From: Amphiscolops sp. MND2022
Taxonomy: Eukaryota
Assembly (NCBI GenBank): GCA_964187785.1
Contig: OZ076409.1
Span: 33,854,001 to 33,918,000, forward strand
Direction of reading: 5' to 3'
DNA: 64,000 nt
Part shown: positions 49,104 through 61,428 of the stretch, piece after piece
Numbering within the stretch: the stretch's first letter is position 1
Layout of the letters: the number at the start of each line of letters is the position of its first letter
The notes under the pieces: generated by a model
Told to the model about the DNA's origin: nothing
The model's database searches: none
Seen by the model: the letters and a program-made list of their open reading frames with translations, nothing else
Made by a program: the position numbers and the translations under genes

Positions 49104-50130
49104 TTTTTAGTTGGCGCTTTCCTAATTAAAAGTGCCCAACTATTACAGTGGCTATTTTTTAGTCGGCGCTTTTCTAGTGAAAAGAGCCCGACTATTACAG
49201 TGACTAGTTTTTTTCTTTTTTTTCGTCAGACTACAATCCTCACCCTGATTGGTCCACTTTTCTTACAACAGAAACTACTAAAATACTAAGGCCTAAGGCC
49301 AAGTCGGGCCTGAGGAAACTTTGTGCAAAGGGTCCCCCCTTTTATTTTTAACTTTTTCAAGGAAACCTACCAAACCGGACGTGCCTAAAGGGTCCCCCTT
49401 TGGATTTTTTTGGCACTGTGCGACTTTTTTCGAAATTTATGTCACCAAAGGGTCCCCCCTTTCACTATTTACTTCTTTAACGTAACATACAAAACCGGAC
49501 GAGACTAAATGGTCAACCCTTTCGATTTATTTCGGCACCCTGAGCCTCTTTTCCCAAAATTTACTAATGTCTCCAAAGGGTCCCCCTTCAATTTTTTTTG
49601 TCTTGTTTCTTCTCTTTTCGTCAGACCACAGACCTCACTCTGTATGTGCCAATTTTTGTGCACTGTGCACTTTTACTACAAGTACTCAGTACTTGATTTT
49701 GAACGCAACCAAAGCCTCGAAAAACCATTCCAAAGCAGACGTACCCCCCCCCCCTTTTCCAAATTTTTCGGAACTAGGAGACTTTCCCCGCCCGTTTTCA
49801 GCTTTGTGAGACTTTTTTGGAAAATGTTTTTGTCCCCAAAGGGTCTCCCTTTCATTTTTTTGATACTTTGCAACTGAATGGATGTTGAAAAAGCCCGAAG
49901 GGTCCCCCTTTTACGTTTTCGGTACTACGAGACTGTTGAAAATTCTCGTTTATCGTTTTTTATTCGAAACTTTTCGAATATGTCCAAAGGGTCCCCCTTC
50001 AGTTTTTTCCATATTTTGCAACGTACTGGATTTTCCAGAAGCCCAATAGGTCCCCCTTTTACAATTTTGAAAACTTTGCGCTTTCCCAGTTTTCGATATA
50101 GCGCCGACTTCAGACGTTGCCGTCTTGTTC
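49104..50130 (-). mobile_element. Helentron-like non-autonomous repeat with a duplicated 3' end and internal AAGGGTCCCCC repeats
   Basis: Subterminal inverted repeat AGTCGGCGC (about 49161) / GCGCCGACT (50101). The hairpin-bearing end is present twice (49104-49155, 49156-49207). Confidence 0.6.
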
Positions 50131-53100
50131 AAATTGACATTTGCTCTCTAACATAAAAATGTGAAAACGTGTTTTTTCAATGGTTTCATTGTTTTACTTA
50201 ATTAATCAAGCTCTGATTAAAACATCCGGGACCAGTTCAAGTTGGCACCCCGTTCAAGTTTCGAAAAACCTAGTTTCTTAATTATGCAAAGGACATTATT
50301 GCTAAGCTGTTGTCAATTTCTCAGTGCCCAAGATAACTCCAAGGGAAACGCAACAGACTCGAAAGCTACGTTTTCCCCAAACAGAAACACAAAAAAATTA
50401 AAAATACTTTTTAGGAGTCGGGAAAGGTTTTCAACCACTAATGCACTTGTACCTTTTTCTTCCGACCTTTTAATAGAAAACTCAAAATCTCAAAAACGGT
50501 CCGTACTATTTTTATCAAACTTTGCACTGTCATTCTACACCTGAAGGTGCTCCTCCCTTGGTGCAATTGCATCAAAATTGCGTGACTGGGAGCTCAGAAA
50601 CATGCCCTAGTCGAGCTTGCTTGAAATTTTACATGCTGCATGGGAACATGCAGACAATTTTTTTGCTACAAAGCATGGATAATTCGAGGAGCATACCTGT
50701 ATAAATTTTGTAGGAATATTACTCTGCTTCCACTATTTCAAAAAAAACTGGAAACACTTCCACATCTTCACCGTTGTTTTCACGCTCAAGTTTCTAACGT
50801 AAGTACTTCATGTAGTCACCATTATTAAAATAGCACGCTGAATATGACGCTACTTTGAAACAAAATATGATTAAAGGTTGTTTAGATTGAAATTGCCGTA
50901 ACCTTGATATAGTATCAGAGGCCTTAAAAGTTAGAATAGCAAATTATTGAAACCTGCAAAACTTCGCAGCTCGGAATTGCTGTCGAATTTTAGATGCACC
51001 TATTATTCAATCTGGTAGTACTAACTTGAATCAGTGAAGTTTTATTGCAGGGACGTTTCATTGAGAATTTTATACAATCACGAAAAGACATAGTTGCAAT
51101 TGCCATTGCGCGACGGTTCCGAGCAGACGATCTCTTCGAAGCTTCAAATTATTCAGCAAGGAAAATTAGAATCCAGCTCGTGTCCAGGGATCATATGATT
51201 TTTCATTGTACTATGTCAAAGAGCTTTGGCTAGGTCACTTGTACGAGACGATGTGATTAACAATGATTACGTACCAAATTCACACGTTCGAACTTTGCAG
51301 ATACTCTAATATTGCTAACTTAAAGAAAAACATGAGGTAATTTATTGGAGGAAAAGTTGCCAACACGAAGTCCGAATGAAGAGTCGAAAATTCAGTTTTG
51401 AAGGCCGACTTTCGCAACCTTATTGAACTTTTAAAAAAAGCTGAGTCAGTAAAGGAGATGAGAGTTAATTTTGCGATCAGATTTTAAAATTAGTAGTTTT
51501 ACTGCCCCAACAAGAAAGTAATCCATTCAACACCTTCATTCACAGTTTTTTCGTAGACACACCATGCAAAAATGAACAAAAACCTCCTGATATACAATAA
51601 TGAAACAGATTATGCTATCAAGACATTACAAAACTGAAGAACTGAAGGTTACTTTTTGGTTTTCCATAAAGCTAATTCGGCATCTATCCATAACTTTATC
51701 GACCAGTCGCAAACTAATAGAAGCCCCAATCGATAGAGGCCGCGAAAGTTGATGATAGAAAAATCGGGAAGGTAAAAACATTACAAGTTTCTCATTGTCG
51801 GTCGACAATCGCCACCTAAGAAAACACGTAACGTTCTGGAACGAAATTGCTTGAAAAACGACGAAGCTTTGAGATGCTGATACCATTTGGAATAGTCATT
51901 TTGCCTAAGATTCTATTTGGATATTCCGAATGAATCTTACGAGGGGAAGAAAATTAAGCAATAAACATTACGCAGTAAAAAAGCATCAAATAAAAAAGAG
52001 GCACTCGTCCAAAGTTTTCATAAAAAGAACAGTCAAAGAATCCGTTTACCATATATGGTCAACCTTATGCGTAATACTTTGAACATATTCATGGAAAACG
52101 ATATCGTCGACGAGCCAGACGCAAAACCGAACCACGAATAAAGGCTGAAAACCGATGTTTTCGCCTTACACAGCATCCCTCCTGCAGCACTCTACGACTT
52201 TCAGTTCGAAGTATAATGAACAATCAATAAAAAAATAATGCTGAAACCTAAAATACGATAACGTCGACGAACCAAATTTGGCATTGCCACGCTCAAAAGT
52301 AATCATTAATTCCATCATGAAAACATAACCTGTGCAGCATAAATTTCTCGAGGTCTTTCATATACGCCGACATATCGTGGTAGGTATTGGCACCCATCCC
52401 TTCCGAAACCAAATCAACAAATTTCAATTCAATGACTACTGAACAAAACTCAACCATAACTATAAACGTACATTTTTTAGCAATACAAAACTATACTGCA
52501 AGTTTATTATTTTGATCAATTAACATTTTGTTGTGTGGAGAAAATGAAAAGCAGCGTTTAAATTAAACAAAATCTTGAAAAATTTTTATCCTTAACCAAG
52601 GCCGACTGAACTTCGAGCCCCAACCATGCAGTGAAAATGAAAAAAAAGGTTTGAAGTAGTTTTTTCGTGTTCTGCAGGCTCAATAGAAAAGAAATGCTGA
52701 AACAACGAAAATCTATAATACTTCTCGAAAGAGCTGACCATGGAACAAACCAAAATGGAAATGATAGTTGGGAACGTAGAAAATCTCACAAACCGGTTTT
52801 CTTGTTTCACTATGCCTCGCGAAATAGTAGGCCCACACCTTAAACGACCTGTGAGTGGTTTTCTCGTTTTCCTGATCTCGGAACGAGGTTTACTCGGAAA
52901 GATGCAGAAGGCCCGCACCACGAACGAACTTAAGTTATTTAATTAGATGATTTTCCTTCACGTAAATTTGTAAGTGGTTTAAATGAAAGCATTCAACGAA
53001 TAGCAGCATGGAAAAGAGGTTTGGGATATTCAGAAGTTGGATTCCGACAAATTTTACACGTAATTTTCCAATTTTTTCTTCCTGTACCTTTCCTTTAAAA

Positions 53101-53319
53101 ACGTGGGGACACTTCGTAAACCGAAATTTTGCAGCTACACAAACGAATTGTCAAGCCCAAATATGAAAAGATGCTATTGACACTATTACCATTTGAAAGT
53201 AGGGAAAAACAACAAACTTACAATTGATCAAAAATATTGAGAACCGAAAAGTTCTTGGTATATATCTTTCTCATCAAAATGTTGAGACGTTTGAATTTTC
53301 AAATTTGGACCTCCATTCA

Positions 53320-54690
53320 GGAGTGATATCAGGTGGGAATACCGCTGATACGTCAGAAGTGACAAGCGAGAACACGCTCAGGATTTTTTTTTAAAACCCT
53401 AAAAATTTCCGATTTTCAACAACCATTTTCGCAATGACGATTAATCTTAGAAACTTTCACCAGATTGAATATAACATCCGTCAGTGCCAGTTGCTCCTTA
53501 TATTGGGCCGGTTTGATGTGGCTCAAGTGGTGAATATAGCAAAATCAACGAAAACCGTAAAGTAATTGGAAAAATCATCCTAAGCTAATAAAATTGCGCG
53601 GAAAGAAATTTTCCGTAGGTTTTACATCGTCAGAGAAGTAATCAATGGTAGTAGTTTGTTCGGATAATTCGGATAGCTTCGGAGCTATGATTTGTCGGAA
53701 AATGGTCCAAGCATATACAAACAGGAATGTCAAAATACGCAAAAACACCCAAAAAAAATCCAATTTTAATCGCCATTTTTCAACGCTCAGTAAAAAAACG
53801 TTAAACTATTGAAATGAGAGTTCCTGATACGTCAGCTGACACCTATGTTTGGCCGGTTTGATGTGGTTTATCAACCGAAAATAGGCAAAATTGGCGTGAA
53901 CTTTTAAATTTATCAGAAATTTCGCGTTTCCGAAGCTTAAAAGATCGCGCCGGCCTAAGGATCTCGGAAAATCTCCGAGGAAACCCAGGAGTATTGGGTA
54001 CTACGGAAGTGCGCCCAAGCACCCCTAATTGCATGGGTTACGTCAAAATACACTTTTTTCGCAAAAACACCGATTTTTTTTGCAAGAAACCAAAAATTTT
54101 TTTTCGCCATTTTCTCAACGACCAATGATCGTAGGATAATGGAATTTCCATGACCTGAGAGAAGACACCCTCTTGCGTCGATGAGCCGGTTCGAGGTCAA
54201 TGAGCCGGTTCGATGTCGTTTAAGTAGTAAAATTGAGCAAATTCTACATTTAGAAAGTTTGTTCGCCAAAAACCCCAAGACATTTTCAATTGTTTTGCCA
54301 TTTTTTCAACGCCCAATAACTGTAAGATAATGAAACTTTCACAACCTTAAAGAAGACATCATCTTGCGTCAAATGGTACCTATTTTGAGACGATTCGATA
54401 TGATTCAAGTGGTAAAATTACGCAAAATCGGAAAAAACCATGAAAAAGTTCGCAAAATTGTGTTTTCGAAGCTAATAAAATCGTCCAGGCAAAAAATTTT
54501 CCAAACTTTCTTACATGGCCAAAAAGGAACTTCAGTTGCAGTTCTGTTTTTAGAGTTTTGAATTGTCTAGAAGAAATAGGCTTGGAAAAAATAGTCGAAA
54601 ATTATACTAATGCTCAGGGATGTCACAATTTGGCCAAAAAAAACGACAAAAACAATAAGGCATCTCGCTTCGCTCGTCGCCTTAAAAAGC
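53320..54690 (-). repeat. Hairpin-ended interspersed repeat with degenerate internal repeats (ggccggtttgatgtgg)
   Basis: End hairpins AGGC...GCTTCGC...GCCT (about 54658-54682) and TATCAG...CTGATA (about 53326-53350). The internal motif recurs near 53505, 53850, 54205 and 54390. Confidence 0.45.
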
Positions 54691-54908
54691 ATGGTAACTT
54701 GCAAAAACTTGTAAAACGTTCACGCAGTTCCCACCAGGGTACCCAAAAGTAATTCTACACTCCATAAGGGCCCTACTAGTGAAAGCAATGACATCAAAAT
54801 TGTAAATCTGGGATGAGAAACATAGCCATAACTAGTTCAAAAGTCAATTCTGAAGCGAATCGCAAAACGCTTTGTAAAGCCGAGCATGTTTTCAATGTGT
54901 AGGGTTGT

Positions 54909-57900
54909 TCTTGTAGAGATCACCACCTTGTTTGTAAATACATATCTGAATTAATGTCAACACTGAATAAATACCTGCCCAAAGAACTCAGCAAAAAGAA
55001 TCAGTTTAAAGAACTGAATTAACTCCCGAACAAGTACTGCAAACAATAGTTAACCTTCATTGTTTTCAAATGAGCTTCGTAGCAATCAATCTACAACAAA
55101 GCGGTGCGAGCTGAAAATGTACTTTCGTCATCGACGATTCAATTCTCTTCGTTATCTCATCTTGTGAGATTGCCAGTCTTCTGGTATGATGCCAACTCCA
55201 GCCCATTGATGGAATGGAACAAGTGGATGGATCTTTTACATGTTGCTGTAATGGCAAAATATTCGGTCTCTCTCATGGAAATGACAAGAGAGACATCCGA
55301 GCACAATCCGAAGGTACGCGCAGTTATGGGGGATTTGGATGAAGTGCCTGCTAACAAAAAGGTGGTAAGTGTTATGTATTTATCACTTGATGAGGCTGCT
55401 AGAAAGCAGTTCACAGAAAAATCCCCAATATCACGTGGGCGTTAAGAGTGAATGAGCTGACCAAAATGTGCAACGAGTGTTTTTGGAAGAAAAGAAGTAG
55501 AACTCTTGACAGGCACCAATTTCTTTACAGGATGCAACAGCCCAGAGACACGCTTTACCAATTCTGGCATGCGCTGTGCGGGTTGGCAGCCACATACGAC
55601 TTCGGAGAGGTTACTACGACATTGGTTCTGGATATGTTCATTTTACATATGACGAACAAAAAAGTTCGAGAAAAATTATGCATCAAAACAAAAGAATCGG
55701 ATCAAGCCTCGGAGAGGAAAGTGACGGAACGCAAAAAGCTGATACATCAAAAACGTCTGTGAAGAACGAACCGGTATTTGCAGTGGAGAGGACTCACCAG
55801 AGGGAGTGCTTCAGATCTGGGGAGCCAAACTTCACAATGGACCGCGTAAAGAACTGCAAAGCTGCCAGCTACAAATGTAAATTTTGTAAACTAGTGGGGC
55901 AAATGACAATTTGTAATGAAAAAATTCCCCAAAGACATAAAGAAATGATGCGAAGGTTCAAAGCCAGGATAATCATATGCGCAGGGTTAACTACATCGAC
56001 GCTGAAAACTCAGGAGAAAAAAATTCCGATTAAGAAGAGCAATTAGTGTCATGTATGGATGGAAAGAGACACAAGCCTTTCTACCTGGAACGAATAATGT
56101 GTGGAAAACACTTTAAAGCTATAGTCGATACAGTATCACCCGTTTCGTTATATACAAAGAAAGAACTTCAGCAGATCATTGGCGAAAGAAAAGTAGTGGT
56201 GCAAGACATGGTTGAATACGAATAATACGTAGACTACAACAAACGACCATTGAAACTGCTGAGTATTAATTTGTTCGGTGAGAAGTTGCAGGGGTGACAG
56301 TATCAAAAACAAGTGTACTTGTAGCTCCAAAGTCCGACAAGTCAATGGTGTGACGCAATTGGCTGATTGCTCTTCGTTACCAAATCAAACAGCAAATAGA
56401 AAAAGGTTAGTGCCAACGAACTAAGCGAGCGGTATATTGTGATCGATCTGTAAACATTGTAAATCCGGGAGAAAACGGAAGTCGCGAGGTTCAGCAATTT
56501 ATTGGGGAATTTCTTAGTTTTTAAGGGCGGTATAAAAAACTACGAAATCAATGCGAAAAGATTTTTGATTAAACACACAAAATTGTCGAAGAGTACCGAT
56601 TCAACTACAGTATCAAGTGGATATTCATTTTGAAATTACTGAAAAAAGGCTATATTGAACGCGTAGAAAAAATTCGAGACGGTCTGTTCATTCACCAACG
56701 GTTATAATGGTTAAAAAAGGAGAAGATTGGTTTATATGCGCTAGCATTGAACGAGTCGATATCCAAAAACAAGTAGCAAATGCCCAATCTAGAAAATTTA
56801 TTGGATACCATAGCTGAGAAACTAAACAAAGAAAAAGGTGAGACGTGGCATTCGTCAGTGGATATGACGTATCCATACGAACAACTACCGTTGCACGAGC
56901 TAACTAAGAAACTAAGTAATTTTCTAATCGTCGGGGAAAGTCTGCACGAACGTATCGTTTTACAACAAGATAATAGGGCCTTGCGGTATTGCCTACAGAT
57001 TTTGGTATATCGATGGACCTCACTTTTTTAATTACAAGTAGTGTATTTGTATAAAGAGGTGACATTTTAGTTGTGACAAAAGGAACTAAGTTTGAACATA
57101 TAAATAAGTGAGGCAAGTCAGGAAAGTGCTGGACGAAGATGATTTGCAATTGAAGGCAGAAAAGTATGTGTTAGCTCGAGACATTATTGAATAGCTAGGC
57201 TAATAATTAACCAGAACTAGAATTTTCTCAGTAAATGCAAAAGCCCAGAAACTTACCGAAAGATTGAGGCCAACAAGTTTGAAGCAGTTGCGTTCATTCT
57301 TAGGTGCCGTTAACCAATTTAATAAGTTCATTCCAAGTTTAGCAGCAATGGGTTTTCTGTTTTGAAAGGTATTGAAGAAACATGCGGAATGGATAAGGGA
57401 AGAAGAACAAGAAAAAGCACACAACGAAATCAACAAGGAAGTTAGAAAAGTTGCTGAATTGTGCATTTCAAAAATAACAGTGAAACTAAAATAATTTGTA
57501 ATGCCAGCAAGAGCGAGCTAGGGGTGGTTTTACAGCGAAGACAAAAAGACGGTAAATTGAGACAAATAAGCTTTAACAGACTTTAAAATGAAGTATTCAA
57601 ATAATGAATTAGAACTTCTAGTTTGGGCAATTGAACATTTTAAACAACTTAAAAATTTGTATACGGAGTACAGTTTAAAGTAGTATGCAACCAGAAAGCT
57701 TTAATGTCAGTTCTTAAACCAAATAGAGGAAATAAAAGATTTTCTAGCAGGTTAACAGGATGGATGGGTAGATTACTGCCATTTGATATTGAAGTAGTTC
57801 AAGTACCTGGACGAACTCTAGGTATGGCAGACTATTTATCGAGACACACGAGCGAACTAGAAGGAGCGAGTATCAAAGCAGACATGCAATGGAACGAATG

Positions 57901-59948
57901 GTTCACTGTGAATAGTGTAAACAGTTTGAATAATGTTTCAGATGGCAGTGTGAAAGTGAGCGGAAGAAACATGGCCGCAGAAAGGAACAATGAGAAAACT
58001 AGCCTCAATCAAGTCAATGAAGAGACCAATCAAATCGCATGGACAGCATAATCCGCGGGAAAGAAATAAGAATAGTCTTGAAAGCCAGAATGAGCCAATG
58101 TCCGCCAATTCGTTCGTTAAATGGAAATGTGTTACCTGCCAGCTATGCGGCAAACAAGATGATTCAGAAACATTTAGCGCTAGTAAAAAAACTACAATAG
58201 AACAGCAGTAGGCCGGCTCTCTTCTCCATGGCGAGAAAAAATTGTTTTCCCTAGTCGAAAGAGACGTCTAATACATGGATAATCGCCTGGTTGTTCCACA
58301 AGCGATGCAAGCAATGACTATGTGCTCTTTACATTATGCACATCCAGGACGCAATGCTATGCTAGGTATGGTATTCGACATTTGAAGGCCAGATTATGCG
58401 AACAGCGCTTACAAGCAAGTAAGAATTCGAAATGTAGTTTGAAGCAGAACCTGGTAGGGAAAATATCGGAAGTACAAGAAACGAATGAAGAAATAGCAAT
58501 GAACTTCACGGGGTCATTTCAAAGCGCGAAGCAAGGAAAACATTTCTCCTAGTACCCGTAGATCTTTGTTCGGGGTGGCCCGATGCGAAACTTTTACATA
58601 TCCTGACAAACAAGTTGTTTGAAGTGTTATATTTCTCGTTACGGGGTTCCGAAAATGATCAGGACTGACCCAGGAACATAGTTGTCTCAATTTTGCAAAC
58701 AGTTCCGAATAAAGCATATAACGTGCACGGTCCAAGACCTAGGAAAATGGAAAAACAGAACAACTAATTCGCACAATAAACGAAAGATTACGCGCAAATA
58801 AACAAATAATGGTAACGAAAGACAAGTCTGGGTTATCTGAATTTTTATATGCGCTCAGAATAAGCAAGACATGAATGGGAAGTCACCGTTCGAGAAACAG
58901 TGAAAGTTGTGGATGTTTTAGAAAACGACCCTTAGCTGGATTTTCAATCTGGTTTCCTAGAGGATCTAGAATCAACGGTGCTAGTCTGTGAGCGAGCGAG
59001 GGGATTGAAACTCTAAAGCCTAATCGACCGCAAAGCAGCCCGGGTTATTAAAGAGTCGGCCCACACCATTACGAATTTGCCAGAAACTTCTGAGAAACCC
59101 AAGTTGTACTCAAAGAGAGTTGTCGCTAATTCCTCTACGGAACAGAACAGAGTGATCAGTAAAGCTGTAAAGAAGAAAAGGAGGTCAGTGATCCAGTACT
59201 CATCAAGTTCGGAAGAAAGGGAAGAGATGATGAGGAAACAAATAAGGAAGACGACAAAAATACACTGGCTCGAAATGGCAATGGAAGTCGAGGAAGTAGA
59301 TGCCCTCAAATCATCTATAAAGCAGATGTAGCATCTAGCAGCGCAAACAGTGAGATGCAAACAGCACCTGAGAAGGTGTTGAAAGATGAGGACTCACAGA
59401 AGAAAGTGCAATACCCTGCTACTCGACCAATTAAAGGGATAAGCGCAATAATTGAGAAGGCACCAAACCGAGTTCTGGACAGGAAGCGGATAGCCACACA
59501 AAGATATGGCATCGATGTGATGCAAGTGGACAATGAAGCAGATGTTCACCAAACAGAAAACTTTCAAAAACATTTATGTCTTAAAACATAACAGCCCCTA
59601 GTAAGCTGATGACGTTTTAATTTTGTTACATTTACATTTATACATTGAAATATTATCCGTTACATTTAATACATTGTGTGATAAGGTTGATATTACCCTT
59701 GTTGATTGAATGCTGTATTGGTACTAATTGACCCTTTCCATTAAAAGGGGAGACGTTGTAAAGATCACCACCTTGTTTGTAAAGACAGAACTGAATTATT
59801 GTCGACAATATCAAATACCTGCCTAAAGATCTCAGCGAAAAGAATCAGTGTAAAAGGACTGAAACAACTCCAGAATACGAACTGCATCGATTCAATAGTT
59901 CAACCTTCCTCGTTTCCAACTGAGCTTCGTTTCAGCCAATCTACAACA
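54909..59948 (+). mobile_element. Old full-length Mag-like Gypsy LTR retrotransposon E in P4HA intron 6, all ORFs disrupted
   Basis: Diverged ~190-bp LTRs at 54909-55098 and 59754-59948, PPT aaaaggggaga. Gag Cys motifs, protease IVDTVSPVS, RT MPNLENLLD/VDMTYPYEQLPL, RNase H RLTGWMGRLLPFD...ADYLSR and integrase remnants. TSD not resolved. Confidence 0.9.
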
Positions 59949-59964
59949 GGTCAACTTTGACCAA

Positions 59965-60498
59965 TTAAATATTTTTTCAGAAGTCGCACAGTGCCGAAAA
60001 TACCATAAGTCATATCCAAAATTCTTGAGGAAACTTTCAACCGTTTCACAGGGCCAAAGAACGATCCGAAAAGTGTTATCTCAAAAAACTTTCCTACCTT
60101 TATTTCAAATATTTGGTGGTAAATAGCATTGTGCCGAAAAAATCGAACGTGACCCTGCATACTTGCAAATTGCTTTGTTCCTGCTGAAAATGAAATCACT
60201 TCGATTGAGGAAATTTTTGAAAAGTAATTAAGTGCCAAAAAGGTTGTAAAGGGGCGCTCTTTTTCTCACCCCTATTTTCGCAAACATGAGAAACTTGGTT
60301 TACTGTGAGACTCGAATCTTTTTACTCCCGCCACTAGGACAGAAATCCGTGTTAAACACTAGGTCAAGTGGCAGTTAGAAGTTACCAACTCTGCCATTGA
60401 AAAACTTGTAGAACTAAATCGGCTACTTTAAGTGTGTCGAAAAAATACTGACTAAAAGCCATGACAATAGTCGACTAGAGAAAAGCACCGACTAAAAA
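59965..60498 (+). mobile_element. 3' part of a Helentron-like repeat with an antisense tRNA-like segment (about 60297-60372)
   Basis: cacagtgccgaaaa motifs and terminal hairpin AGTCG...CGACTAAAAA, as in the other copies. Confidence 0.55.
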
Positions 60499-60695
60499 TG
60501 TAGAGCAGTTTCATTTTTATCAGCTGATGGATCTCGTCAACAGATTCCATCTGTCTGTTGTCATGATACACAGCCAGAACTCATTGCTTTTTTTCCAAAA
60601 GCTTCGATATCTCCACTCGCTTTGATCGGAGCTTTTGCAGGCAGTTGCATGAAACAGCAGACAACAAACTGGTCATGGACTGAGCTATGTTTTAG

Positions 60696-60892
60696 GTGAT
60701 GCAGTGTTTTGGTTCAGTTTGGACACGTGGGAAGACCGAGTGACTGGTGGGTTGCACGGAGGCTGTCCTGTGCTGATTGGATCTAAAAAAATTGGTAACA
60801 AATGGATCAGATTCAGAGATCAGTACAAAACACACAAGTGCTACCAGAATCGCCTCCACAAAATGCCATCATCAAAAGTCAGATACAGTTGA
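60696..60892 (+). CDS. P4HA: P4HA-like gene, terminal exon 7 (spliced CDS 1539 nt, 512 aa)
   Basis: ttttag acceptor, phase 1. GDAVFWFSLD...GLHGGCPVLIGSKKIGNKW, stop TGA. All seven exon phases are compatible. Confidence 0.92.
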
Positions 60893-61428
60893 GGGGAGCA
60901 GTATTTAACTAGCAATGTTTTGCTTCTTTTGTTGACTAATTGTAATACTTTTGGGTGTATATATTTGGGTCCATGTTTCTTGCAAATTGAGAAAGTATTT
61001 CTCAGATTCTGAGTGATAAAAAAGATTAAAATTCTGGTAAGCTGCTTACCTGTACTTTTAGCAGGTTTAGAAGAGACATCTAAAACTAAGAAGGGTGACA
61101 AGCTGAAAGAATGGAAACAAGCAAAACATTGAGACGGGGTTTAAAAGGTAATTGAGACGGGCAAGCTCTCGCTGCAAGAAAAAATCAAAAAGCCGTGAAC
61201 AGCATAAGTTGGCGCCCCGCTTAAGACTCAAAAAGAGCCAAAGCAGTTCAAAACGTACCCGAACTCTTCCACAGTACCCGAAAAACCCAAAGGGGGACCA
61301 AAAAACACAAAGTTTAAGTCAATTAGGTCTTTCAATTTGATTTCTAAACTGCTATTCTGGGGGCCCGCGCTAGGTTTTTTGCGCGAAGTCCTCCGCTTCG
61401 TCCTTTGCTGAAAGTCACTTAAAAGTGA

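Noticed and set aside
54903..54908. 3-bp TSD (GGT) for element E
   Set aside because: The LTR start is ambiguous and the element is old, so it was not counted as evidence.
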